Below, piece by piece: positions 30,070 through 38,813 of a stretch of DNA of 64,000 nucleotides. The notes beneath the pieces were generated by a model. It was not told the DNA's origin. It made no database searches and worked only from the letters and a program-made list of their open reading frames with translations. Location: NCBI GenBank assembly GCA_963741945.1, contig CAVUKA010000006.1, positions 96,001 through 160,000 on the forward strand, read 5' to 3'. Source of the DNA: an uncultured Gemmatimonadales bacterium (lineage in GTDB: Bacteria > Gemmatimonadota > Gemmatimonadetes > Longimicrobiales > RSA9). Positions within the stretch are counted from its first letter, which is position 1, and each line of letters begins with the position of its first letter. A program made the position numbers and the translations under genes.

Positions 30070-30996
30070 ATGAATCATCTGGCGATCTACCTCCCCGTGG
30101 CGGGGAGCGCAGTGAGCATGCCGTTGCTGATCGGGCTGGGCGCCCTGGTCGGGTTCATGTCAGGGCTGTTCGGCGTGGGGGGCGGGTTCCTCATGACGCC
30201 GCTCCTGATCATGGTCGGCATCCCCCCCACCGTGGCAGCGGCATCGGACTCGAACCAGATCGTCGCGGCATCGTCGTCCGGGACCTACGCCCATGCCCGA
30301 GCCGGGTCCGTGGACGTCCCCATGGGGCTGCTGCTGCTGGTGGGCGGCATCGCCGGCGGATCCGTGGGCGTGGTGCTCATCAAGTTCCTGCGCGCGATGG
30401 GCAACGCGGATTTCGTGATCACCGTGACGTATGTGATCATGCTGGGCGGCATCGGGGCGTACATGTTCGTGGAGAGCCTCCGGAGCATGCGCACGGGGGC
30501 CGCCGTTCGGCAGGTGGAGGCGAAGCCATCGCTCTACGCCCGCATGGCGCAGGCGCTCCCGTTCAAGAGCCGGTTCCGCCGCTCGAACGTGGAAATGTCG
30601 GTGCTCATGCCGCTGCTGCTCGGCGTGCTGGTGGGGACGCTCGCTGCCATCATGGGCGTGGGCGGCGGCTTCATCATGGTCCCGATCATGGTCTACCTGC
30701 TGCGCATGCCCATGCACGTGGTGGTGGGGACCAGTCTGTTCCAGATCCTCTTCACCTGCATCAACGTGACCGTGCTCCAGGCCACGCTGAACCACACCGT
30801 GGATTTCGTCCTGGCCCTGTTCCTCCTCATCGGGTCGGTGGTCGGGGCGCAGCTCGGGGCGCTCGTGAGCAAGCGGCTGAAGGCCGACCAGCTCAAGATC
30901 CTCATGGCGGGCATCGTGCTGCTGGTCACCGCCAAGATGCTCCTCGGCCTCGTCCTGCCGCCGGAGTTCCTCGTGGCGTATGCGGGAGGCCACTGA
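30070..30996 (+). CDS. Sulfite exporter TauE/SafE (TSUP) family protein
   Basis: Duplicated GLFGVGGGFLMTP / AIMGVGGGFIMVP motifs, VGTSLFQI. Confidence 0.9.
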   Translation: MNHLAIYLPVAGSAVSMPLLIGLGALVGFMSGLFGVGGGFLMTPLLIMVGIPPTVAAASDSNQIVAASSSGTYAHARAGSVDVPMGLLLLVGGIAGGSVGVVLIKFLRAMGNADFVITVTYVIMLGGIGAYMFVESLRSMRTGAAVRQVEAKPSLYARMAQALPFKSRFRRSNVEMSVLMPLLLGVLVGTLAAIMGVGGGFIMVPIMVYLLRMPMHVVVGTSLFQILFTCINVTVLQATLNHTVDFVLALFLLIGSVVGAQLGALVSKRLKADQLKILMAGIVLLVTAKMLLGLVLPPEFLVAYAGGH

Positions 30997-31844
30997 TGCG
31001 CAGTTCTGCGGTCGCGCTTGCCCTTCTCACCGTGACCATTGCGGGGGCGGTTCCCCTGAGTTCGCAGACCGGGGCCATGACCCTGCAGGACACCGCGCAC
31101 GCCCCGGTGGTGGAGCAGGCGCCGGAGCTGCCGGGCGAGGCGCTGGAAGGCGGAGCGGGTGGAGTCGTGGTGGAGCCCGAGCTTGTGGTGACGGGGATGT
31201 TCTACACGGGCGCCACGGTGCACGTGAGCGCGGTCGTCCCCGCCGGTGCCGACGTCGCCGTGCTCTGCCGTGGTGAGGGGCACCCGCTGACGCTGAAGCG
31301 GAAGGGGAAGGTGCTGGGACTGCTCTGGATGAACGTGGGCGACGTTTCGTTCGAACAGGTCCCGGCCCTGTACCTGCTGGACACGTCCCGCCCGCTGGGG
31401 GAGCTGGCCGCCGACACGGTGCTGGACGCCCTTGGCCTCGGGGTCGCGGCGCTGGCGACGCGCTGCGACGCGGACGCATCGGATCCGGTACTGTTCAGCG
31501 AGCTGGCGCGGCTGAAACAGAAGGAGCGACTGTGGCGAGTGGCGGAGGGGGCAGTGGAGATCCGGTCGGGTGAGGGCGGCGCGGAGCTGGCGGTTGCGGA
31601 CCTGCCCCTGCCGCCGAAGGCCGGCCCCGGGGACTACGAGGTGCTGGTTTACGCGTTCGGATCGGCGCAGCCGGAGCTGATCGGCACCGGCCACGTCCGC
31701 GTGGAGCAGGGGGGCGTGTCCGGCTTCATCACGGAGCTGGCCACGAAGCACGGCCTGCTCTACGGCGTGCTGGCTGCGCTGGTGGCGGTGGTCGTGGGCC
31801 TGCTCACCGGCCTTATCTTCGGGATGGGGTCGAAGGGGCACTGA
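30996..31844 (+). CDS. TIGR02186-like membrane-anchored protein (usual TSUP partner)
   Basis: FYTGATV, RKGKVLGLLWMN, VPALY, GDYEV, C-terminal TM with LLYG; TGATG coupling to TSUP. Confidence 0.75.
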   Translation: MRSSAVALALLTVTIAGAVPLSSQTGAMTLQDTAHAPVVEQAPELPGEALEGGAGGVVVEPELVVTGMFYTGATVHVSAVVPAGADVAVLCRGEGHPLTLKRKGKVLGLLWMNVGDVSFEQVPALYLLDTSRPLGELAADTVLDALGLGVAALATRCDADASDPVLFSELARLKQKERLWRVAEGAVEIRSGEGGAELAVADLPLPPKAGPGDYEVLVYAFGSAQPELIGTGHVRVEQGGVSGFITELATKHGLLYGVLAALVAVVVGLLTGLIFGMGSKGH

Positions 31845-31851
31845 GAAGGGG

Positions 31852-34836
31852 ATGATGCTGGAGAGGCTGCGCGCGCTGTTCCGACATGGGGGAGCGGAGT
31901 CCACCGAGCGGATCCGGAAGAAGCTGACCACCTTCCGGGAGCTGGTGGAGAAGAATGACCGCGTGCTGGAGCTCATTGCCGACGCCGGCGAGAAGCTGGG
32001 CGGCGAGTACGTGTTCGACCGCAAGTACCTGGAGGACCTGGTCGGCGAGCTCAAGGGCACGGTTCACGGCGTGGTGGAGGACCTGAACACGCTGACCGAG
32101 AACCGGTACCCGGAGCTGTTCCAGGTCGTGGCTTCGGTGGATGCGGGCGTGTACGCCGCCCTCGAGTGCCGGACTCGCCTGCCGGAGGGGCCGTACATCA
32201 TCCCGCTCCATGAAGCGGGGGTGGAGCAAGCGGAGCTGGTGGGCGAGAAGATGGGGCGCCTGGGCGAGATCGGCAGCCGCCTCGGTTGCCGCATCCCCGA
32301 GGGCTTCGTCGTGACGACCCGGGCGTGCCGCGCCTACCTGGAGCACGCCGGCGTGGTGGAAGCGGCGGAAGCGCTCCGCACCCGGGTGGACGGCGAGCTC
32401 CGGAGAATGGAGGCGGAAGCGCGCGAACTCCAGGCACACGTTCTCGCCACGTCGGTCCCGCGGGAGCTGGCGCGGGCCATCCGCCGCGAGGTGGACCGCC
32501 TCCACACCACCCAGCCCGGCGCCCTGTTCGCGGTGCGCTCAAGCGCGGCGGAGGAGGACGGCACGCTCACGTTCGCCGGGCAATACGAGACCATCCTGGG
32601 CGTGGACGCCGACGACGTGGTGGACGCGTACCAGCAGGTCGTGGCCAGTCTGTTCGCCCCGAGCGTCCTCCGCTATCAGCACAGCCACCGCCTCCCCCCG
32701 GGGTGCGGACTGATGGCCGTGGGCTGTCTGTGCATGGTGCCCGCCCGCGCCAGCGGGGTGGCGTACACGTTGAACCCCGCCCCGGGCTTCGGCCGCGTGC
32801 AGCTCGTCACGTCCACCTGGGGGCTCGGCAAGGCCGTGGTGGAGGGCGAAGCGCCGGTGGACCGCTTCGAGGTGCTGCGGGACGAGGGCTACCCCGTCGT
32901 CGACAGCCGGATCGCCGAGAAGACGTGGAAGTACGTCGCCCGCCCCGGCCGCGGCACCGTTCGCGAGCCCGTCGCCGACGACGAGCGGCAGGTTCCGTCC
33001 ATGTCGCCGGCGCTGGTCTCGCGGCTCGCCGAAGCGGCCTGCCGCATCGAGCGCTACATGAAAGCGGCGCAGGACATCGAGTGGGCGGTGGATGACGATG
33101 ACCGCCTTTTCATCCTCCAGGCACGCCCGCTCAGCATCCCGCCCGCGGCTGGCGACGCGGAGCACGATGTCTCCGACGTGGTCGCGCGCTACCCGGTGCT
33201 GCTGAAGGGGCGAGGCGAGGTGGCGTGCCGCGGCATCGGGATCGGTCGGGTCCACCTCCTGGACGACGACCCGTCCGCCGCCGAGGTCCCCCCCGGTGCG
33301 GTCCTGGTCACGCGCACAGCCTCGCCGCGCCTGGGCGGCTTCCTGGCCGGTACCAGCGCCGTGGTCACCGACCTGGGAAGCGCCACCGGCCACTTCGCCG
33401 CCGTCGCCCGGGATTTCCGCGTCCCCACCATCGTGGCCACCGGCGTGGCCACGCGCGTGCTGCGAAACGGGATGGAAGTGACGGTGGACGCGGAGGAGAA
33501 CGTGGTCTACGAGGGGCGCATCGACGAGTTGCTCCGCCACCAGCTGCTGACGCGCTCTTCCTTCGAGGACACCAGCGAATTCCGCCTGCTGCGGCGTATG
33601 CTGCGGAGCATCGCACCGCTGCGCCTGCGCGACCCGCAGAGCTCTTCCTTCACCGCGTCGCAGTGCCGCACCTATCACGACATCATCCGCTTCGCCCACG
33701 AGAAGGCGATCGCAGCGCTGATCGACATCGGCTGGGTCAAGGCCACGGGCGAGCAGGCGCACCTGCGGCGACTGGACCTGCCGATCCCGCTGGACCTGAT
33801 CCTCATCGATCTGGGGAACGGCTTCGAACCCCGGCTCGGTCAGGCCACGGTGAAGCTCGAGGACATTACCTCCCGGCCGCTCATCCCCGTACTGCAAGCG
33901 CTCACGGCCGAAGGGGTCTGGGACACGGCCCCCGCCGAGATGGACATGGACGGGTTCATGTCCAGCGCCACGCGCTCCATGGCCCTCACCGGCCCCCTCG
34001 TCGGACGGCCGACGCAGAACCTCGCCATCGTGGGCGGCCGGTACATGCACCTCAGCCTTCGGCTCGGCTACCACTTCAACATCGTGGACGCCCATCTCGG
34101 CGACGCGCCGGCGGACAACTACATCTACTTCCGCTTTGCCGGCGGCGTAACGGAGCTGACGCGCCGGTCCCGCCGCGCGTCGCTGCTGAAGCAGATCCTG
34201 GAAGCGAACGGCTTCGTGACCGACGGCCGGGAGGACCTGGTCATCGGACGTGTGAAAGGGCTGGCAGCGGAGCTGATGGAGGAGCGGCTGCGAATGGTGG
34301 GCCGCCTCATCGGCTTCACGCGACAGCTGGATGTGTATCTCAAGAACGATCGCCTCGTGGACCGGTACGTGGAGCAGTTCACGGGCGGCAAACCGATCCG
34401 GGACGCCGTACTCCCGGACAGTGGAACGGAGACGCCAATGAGCAGCAACGCGGATGTCCTGGTCCTGGATGACGAGCCGATGGTGGCCGAGCGGCTCAAG
34501 GATCACCTGGACCGCAAGGGTTATCAGGTGGAAGTGTTCACCGACAGCCAGACGGCCATTGATCGGCTTTCGATCAAGCGCTTCGACGTGGTCATCACCG
34601 ATCTCAAGATGGCGGGGCCTGACGGCCTGGACGTGCTCCGGTTCGTGCGCGACCAGAGCTACGGCACCCAGGTCATCATCATCACCGGCTACGGGTCCAT
34701 GGATGCGGCGAGGAAGGCCGAGTTCACCGGCGCGTACGAGTTCGTCAACAAGCCGTTCAGCATGAAGAGCCTCGAGGACATAACACGGAAAGCGGTGCGC
34801 CGGGCCCAGAAGCTGAACGCCAAGGAGCCCACGTGA
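31852..34836 (+). CDS. PEP-synthase-like protein (ATP-grasp PEP/pyruvate-binding + phospho-His mobile domain) fused to a C-terminal receiver domain
   Basis: VGEK, AVRSSA..ED...FAGQY, GLGKAVVEG, QDIEWAV, ILQARP; GSATGHFAAVARDFRVPT; C-terminal VLDDE..VVITDLKM..ITGY..FVNKPF. Confidence 0.85.
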   Translation: MMLERLRALFRHGGAESTERIRKKLTTFRELVEKNDRVLELIADAGEKLGGEYVFDRKYLEDLVGELKGTVHGVVEDLNTLTENRYPELFQVVASVDAGVYAALECRTRLPEGPYIIPLHEAGVEQAELVGEKMGRLGEIGSRLGCRIPEGFVVTTRACRAYLEHAGVVEAAEALRTRVDGELRRMEAEARELQAHVLATSVPRELARAIRREVDRLHTTQPGALFAVRSSAAEEDGTLTFAGQYETILGVDADDVVDAYQQVVASLFAPSVLRYQHSHRLPPGCGLMAVGCLCMVPARASGVAYTLNPAPGFGRVQLVTSTWGLGKAVVEGEAPVDRFEVLRDEGYPVVDSRIAEKTWKYVARPGRGTVREPVADDERQVPSMSPALVSRLAEAACRIERYMKAAQDIEWAVDDDDRLFILQARPLSIPPAAGDAEHDVSDVVARYPVLLKGRGEVACRGIGIGRVHLLDDDPSAAEVPPGAVLVTRTASPRLGGFLAGTSAVVTDLGSATGHFAAVARDFRVPTIVATGVATRVLRNGMEVTVDAEENVVYEGRIDELLRHQLLTRSSFEDTSEFRLLRRMLRSIAPLRLRDPQSSSFTASQCRTYHDIIRFAHEKAIAALIDIGWVKATGEQAHLRRLDLPIPLDLILIDLGNGFEPRLGQATVKLEDITSRPLIPVLQALTAEGVWDTAPAEMDMDGFMSSATRSMALTGPLVGRPTQNLAIVGGRYMHLSLRLGYHFNIVDAHLGDAPADNYIYFRFAGGVTELTRRSRRASLLKQILEANGFVTDGREDLVIGRVKGLAAELMEERLRMVGRLIGFTRQLDVYLKNDRLVDRYVEQFTGGKPIRDAVLPDSGTETPMSSNADVLVLDDEPMVAERLKDHLDRKGYQVEVFTDSQTAIDRLSIKRFDVVITDLKMAGPDGLDVLRFVRDQSYGTQVIIITGYGSMDAARKAEFTGAYEFVNKPFSMKSLEDITRKAVRRAQKLNAKEPT

Positions 34837-34882
34837 CGGAGCACAGCCCCGGACGTACCGGACCCGTGCGGAGACGGCGGCC

Positions 34883-35257
34883 ATGAAGACGCCGAAGAAG
34901 GTCCTGCTGCTGGACGACGAGCCGGTGGTCTGCGAGCGGCTCAAGCCGGCGCTGGAGAAGCTGGGGTTTTACGTGGAGTCCTACACCGAGAGCCAGCCGG
35001 TGGTGGACCGCGTGCTGGAGGAGCGCTTCGACGTGCTGGTGACGGACCTGAAGATGCAGAAGCCGGATGGGCTGGAGATCATGCGCTTCGTCAAGGAGCA
35101 CTCCCCCGGCACGAAGGTGATCATCATCACCGGGTTCGCCACCGTTGAGACGGCCACGGAAACGCTGAAGGGCGGCGCGGTGGACTTCATCGCGAAGCCG
35201 TTCAAGATCCGAACGCTCTGCGAGCGCATCGTCGAGCTGACCCGGGACGACGTGTGA
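34883..35257 (+). CDS. Single-domain response regulator (REC)
   Basis: LLDDE, VTDLKM, ITGF, FIAKPF. Confidence 0.9.
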   Translation: MKTPKKVLLLDDEPVVCERLKPALEKLGFYVESYTESQPVVDRVLEERFDVLVTDLKMQKPDGLEIMRFVKEHSPGTKVIIITGFATVETATETLKGGAVDFIAKPFKIRTLCERIVELTRDDV

Positions 35258-35261
35258 GCGC

Positions 35262-36074
35262 TCAGACCGTGTAGTCGGGCGCCGCCAGGTTCTCCCGGTC
35301 CACCCGCTCCACCCCCGGCACGCCGGAGGCCACCTCGATCACTGCGTCCACAAGCGACGGAGGCCGGAGCCGCCCTCGCACGTACACCACACCGTCCCGC
35401 GCCCGCAGCCTTACCTCCGCCGGGAACGTCCGCTCGTCCGCGGCCAGCGCCGCCTGGACCCGGCTCGCCAGCACCAGGTCCGCCATGGACCGCTGGCTCT
35501 CGACCGTCGGCTCAAAGCGGGGGGAGCGGGACGCCAGGACCACCAGCGCCACGGCATCTTCCATGGCCAGCGTCCGCACACTGATGCACAGGTCGTACAG
35601 GCGCGGATCCAGCCAGTCCACGCCATAGAGGAAGCGCGTCCATTTCTCCCGCTGACGGTCCAGCTTCTTGATCCGCGCCTCCGCCTCGGCCTCGGTCAGA
35701 TCCGACCGCTCCTTCAGGACCCGGTCACGGAAGTCCACCGGCGCGATCAGGCGGACCCGTACCACGTGCGCCACCCCGGGCAGCAGGAGGTGCCCCGCGT
35801 TGCCGTGATACACCACGCCGTCTGCCTGCGCCCGCTCCGTCAGCGCCGCCTGGACGTACGCCAGGTATCGCCGCCGCTCGTGCTGCACCCGGTCCCACAG
35901 CCGGGGTGGCTCGAGCAGCGCCTTCCGGAGCTCCTCCTCCGACGCGCCGAAGCGCGTGGCCTCGTGCACCACCTCCTCCCGGCTGACCACGTCATAGCCG
36001 AGCTCCTTCGCCACCGCTTCGGCGAGAACCCGCCCGCCGCTCCCCGAGCCCCTCGATATCGTTACGATCGCCAT
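35262..36074 (-). CDS. Cytidylate kinase-like family protein with C-terminal BON domain
   Basis: N-terminal TISRGSGSGG P-loop, VVYHG..GH.LL, YGVDW.DP..YDL; BON-like 'RVQAAL...DGVVYVRG...VPGVERV'. Confidence 0.8.
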   Translation of the reverse strand: MAIVTISRGSGSGGRVLAEAVAKELGYDVVSREEVVHEATRFGASEEELRKALLEPPRLWDRVQHERRRYLAYVQAALTERAQADGVVYHGNAGHLLLPGVAHVVRVRLIAPVDFRDRVLKERSDLTEAEAEARIKKLDRQREKWTRFLYGVDWLDPRLYDLCISVRTLAMEDAVALVVLASRSPRFEPTVESQRSMADLVLASRVQAALAADERTFPAEVRLRARDGVVYVRGRLRPPSLVDAVIEVASGVPGVERVDRENLAAPDYTV

Positions 36075-36092
36075 GGATTCGCTTCGGTCCTG

Positions 36093-36767
36093 TCAGGATG
36101 AGAACGCCGTGACATCACGGGCGGGCTCCGCGTCCTCCGACGCCCGCACCAGCGCGCTCAGCCGCTTCATGCGGGTGTGCGCGCCGTAGTAGCCCTGCCC
36201 CGCCCAGACGATGACGACGAGACTCGCCAGCGCGAGCCCGCCGTCGAACAGCGTCCACCAGTTGAGCCCGAAATACCGGAACAGCGAGATCCCCAGCGCC
36301 AGGAACGCCAATCCCGTCCGGATGAACGCCAGGTACGTCCGGCCCCACGCCAGCTCCGTCCGCAGCGCGGAAAGGTGCGTCCGCCGCTGCGCATACCGCG
36401 TCCTCCCCTCCGCCAGGCCATTCCGCGCGGCCGCCAGATCCGTACGTCGGCGCGACAGCCCCGTCCGCTGTCCCGCCAGGTTCGTCCTCGCCCGCGCCAT
36501 GTCCGTGCGATGAACGGACAGGTCCGTTCGCTGACCGGCGAGCCCTGTCCGCTCCCGGCTCAGCTCGGTCCGGAGATTCCCCAGCTCCGTGCTGCGCGTC
36601 GACAGCCGCGTCTGCTCCCGCGTCAGCGCCGTCCGCTCCGACGCCATGTCCGTCCGCTGGCGGGAGTACCCGCTTTCCACCTGCTCCAGGTCCACCGACC
36701 GGGACACCAGACTCCGGATCGCCTCCAGCGTCTCCTGCGTCGGCGCCTCCCCCGCTGTCTTCGTCAT
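36093..36767 (-). CDS. DUF202 (YidH/Vtc1-like) membrane protein with expanded RTxL heptad repeats
   Basis: 17 heptads of xxRTxLx ending in RTYLAFIRTGLAF, followed by two TM helices. Confidence 0.72.
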   Translation of the reverse strand: MTKTAGEAPTQETLEAIRSLVSRSVDLEQVESGYSRQRTDMASERTALTREQTRLSTRSTELGNLRTELSRERTGLAGQRTDLSVHRTDMARARTNLAGQRTGLSRRRTDLAAARNGLAEGRTRYAQRRTHLSALRTELAWGRTYLAFIRTGLAFLALGISLFRYFGLNWWTLFDGGLALASLVVIVWAGQGYYGAHTRMKRLSALVRASEDAEPARDVTAFSS

Positions 36768-36793
36768 GACGCGCCTCTCCTCAGCACCCGGCT

Positions 36794-37612
36794 TCACGAC
36801 TCCGCCAGCAACACCGGAGCATATCCGGGCTCGTAGGCGACCTCCCGATCGCCCGCCACTCGCCGGGCCACCTCCAGGACCTGCTCCCTCCGGGCGTCGT
36901 CCAGGTATGGCCCGGTGACCGTGATCCTTCCCTCCGCCACACGCGCCCCCGCTTCCACCTCCGCCGTCCCCGGATCCGAGACCAGCGCCGCTTCCACATG
37001 GCTCCCCAGCAGCAGCGAGTCCAGCTCCGCCCTGGACTCCGCCGTGGCCTGGCTCCCAGGATCCTCCGCCAGCGCGCAGATCACGTGTGCCGCCGTCTCC
37101 ACGCTCGTCCGACTCAGGTCCAGGCACACATCGTACTGCCCCGGATCCCGGATGTCCTTCCCGTACATCAATCTCGCCCACCGCACACGCGCCTCGTCAT
37201 CCCGCGCAATGTACTCCCGCGCCTCCTCCTCCGAGCACGACAGCCGCGCCATGGTCATCGAAACCCGCAGCGGAAGCGACGCATTGATCCGCACCCGCCG
37301 GAAATGGGCGATGCGTGGCACCAGCAGGTGACCGGAAAAACCGTGGTAGATGAGGTCCGCCTCCCGCGCGTACTCCAGGAGCGCCGTACGCATCAGGACC
37401 ACGTACGGACGCCGTAGCTCGCAGAACTCGTCATAGTCCTGCGTGGCCTTCCCCAGCCGCTCCACGATCCGCTGCGCCAGCTCGCCATGCCGGTTCACCA
37501 CCGCCACCAGGTCCTCGCGCGAGACGCAGCGCCACCCCGTGCACTCCGCCAGACGGCCCACCAGCAGGCGAACGCCCGACATGGTTCCCCGGGAGATCAG
37601 GAGTACGGACAA
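36794..37612 (-). CDS. Cytidylate kinase-like family protein with BON-like C-terminus (second paralog, degenerate P-loop)
   Basis: TTG start after GGAGG; ISRGTMSG, IYHGFSGHLL, YGKDIRDPGQYDV. Confidence 0.75.
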   Translation of the reverse strand: MSVLLISRGTMSGVRLLVGRLAECTGWRCVSREDLVAVVNRHGELAQRIVERLGKATQDYDEFCELRRPYVVLMRTALLEYAREADLIYHGFSGHLLVPRIAHFRRVRINASLPLRVSMTMARLSCSEEEAREYIARDDEARVRWARLMYGKDIRDPGQYDVCLDLSRTSVETAAHVICALAEDPGSQATAESRAELDSLLLGSHVEAALVSDPGTAEVEAGARVAEGRITVTGPYLDDARREQVLEVARRVAGDREVAYEPGYAPVLLAES

Positions 37613-37710
37613 TGACGCAGCCTCCAACACACGCACGCGGAGCCAGGCCGATCCGGTCGGCGCGCGCCCCGAATGCCACCCGCTCTTTCCAGGTTGCCGG
37701 CGGCGCCGGC

Positions 37711-37732
37711 AACCGTGCAATCCGTCACGATT
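37711..37732. promoter_or_regulatory. Predicted Rex operator
   Basis: AACCGTG-caatccgt-CACGATT upstream of the kinase-like/DUF202 operon. Confidence 0.55.
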
Positions 37733-37790
37733 TCACGATGCGCCCCACCACCGCCTCCGTCAAGAGGAAGCGGTGGGGCGCGGCGCCGAC

Positions 37791-38231
37791 TCAGGACGCC
37801 GACGGGGCAGCCGCGAGAAGCCGGTCCACGGCGGCGAGGAGCGCGTCGCGATCGATGGGCTTGGGGAAGAAGCCATCGGGCGGCGGGACGGCGTCGCTCT
37901 TCCGGATGAACTTCTCGTAGCCGTATGGATCGCCGCCGTAACCGGTGACGGCGGTGACGATGACGACGGGGACGCTCCTGAGCGCGGGATCGGTCTTCAC
38001 CGCGCGGTAGAAGCGGGTCCCCGAGGCTCGGGGCATGGAGATGTCGAGGGTGACGAGGTCGGGCGCCTGGGTGCGCATCAGCTCCAGCGCCGCCTCGCCG
38101 TCACCGGCGACTACGGTCTGGTAGCCGCTGTCGCGGAACAGCATGTCGAGGTATTCGACGACGTCCTGCTCATCGTCGACTATGAGGATCTTCCTGGCCG
38201 GTCCCTGCGCGGCCTGGTCCGGTGCGGGCAT
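37791..38231 (-). CDS. Single-domain response regulator (REC)
   Basis: IVDDE, VTLDISMP, IVTA, FFPKP. Confidence 0.88.
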   Translation of the reverse strand: MPAPDQAAQGPARKILIVDDEQDVVEYLDMLFRDSGYQTVVAGDGEAALELMRTQAPDLVTLDISMPRASGTRFYRAVKTDPALRSVPVVIVTAVTGYGGDPYGYEKFIRKSDAVPPPDGFFPKPIDRDALLAAVDRLLAAAPSAS

Positions 38232-38278
38232 GGCTCGCCTCCTTGCTCTGCGGTACGTCGCTGCCACCCGGTCCGCCA

Positions 38279-38809
38279 TCAGGCGCCGGGCGTGGTGCGT
38301 TTCAGAGCCTCCAGGGCGCGTCTGAGCGCGTGGGGCTCCGCCTGTGTCAGCTGGCGGCGAACCTCATCCTGGAGGGTGATGCGATCGTCGTCGCCGGGGC
38401 TCTCCTCGAGGCCGAGGGCGCGCTGGACGCAGCGGACGTAGTCCAGCGGCTTGACGGGCTTCTCGAGGTAGACGCCCGGCCCGGAGATGACGCGGCTCTC
38501 GACGATGTCCTCGAGCTCGGCGCGTCCGAGCTCATCGCGGGCGTGCGCGGTGACGATGAGGACGGGAATGCGGGAGAGCGCGTGGTCCTTGCGGAGCTCG
38601 TAGAGGAGCTTGTGGCCGCTCTTGCCGGGCATGACGAGGTCGAGGGAGATGAAGTCGGGCGGCTGCTGGCGGATGAGGTCGAGGGCCTCGTCGCCGTCGG
38701 AGGCCGTCCGGACGGCGAAGCCTGCGTCCCGGAGGATCTGGGCGAGGTATTCGCGGACGTCCGGCTCGTCGTCCACCACCAGCACGGTCTTGTCACTTGG
38801 CCGCTCCAT
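38279..38809 (-). CDS. Response regulator (REC with short C-terminal helical extension)
   Basis: VVDDE, ISLDLVMP, IVTA, YLEKP. Confidence 0.88.
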   Translation of the reverse strand: MERPSDKTVLVVDDEPDVREYLAQILRDAGFAVRTASDGDEALDLIRQQPPDFISLDLVMPGKSGHKLLYELRKDHALSRIPVLIVTAHARDELGRAELEDIVESRVISGPGVYLEKPVKPLDYVRCVQRALGLEESPGDDDRITLQDEVRRQLTQAEPHALRRALEALKRTTPGA

Positions 38810-38813
38810 GGCG

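Noticed and set aside
36290-36665. 21-nt periodic repeats as a CRISPR array or VNTR
   Set aside because: Repeats are degenerate at DNA level and conserved only as protein heptads; no spacers and no cas genes
37692-37714. Perfect 10-bp inverted repeat GGTTGCCGGC-ggc-GCCGGCAACC as a terminator
   Set aside because: No U tract on either strand and it overlaps the Rex-type box; function cannot be assigned
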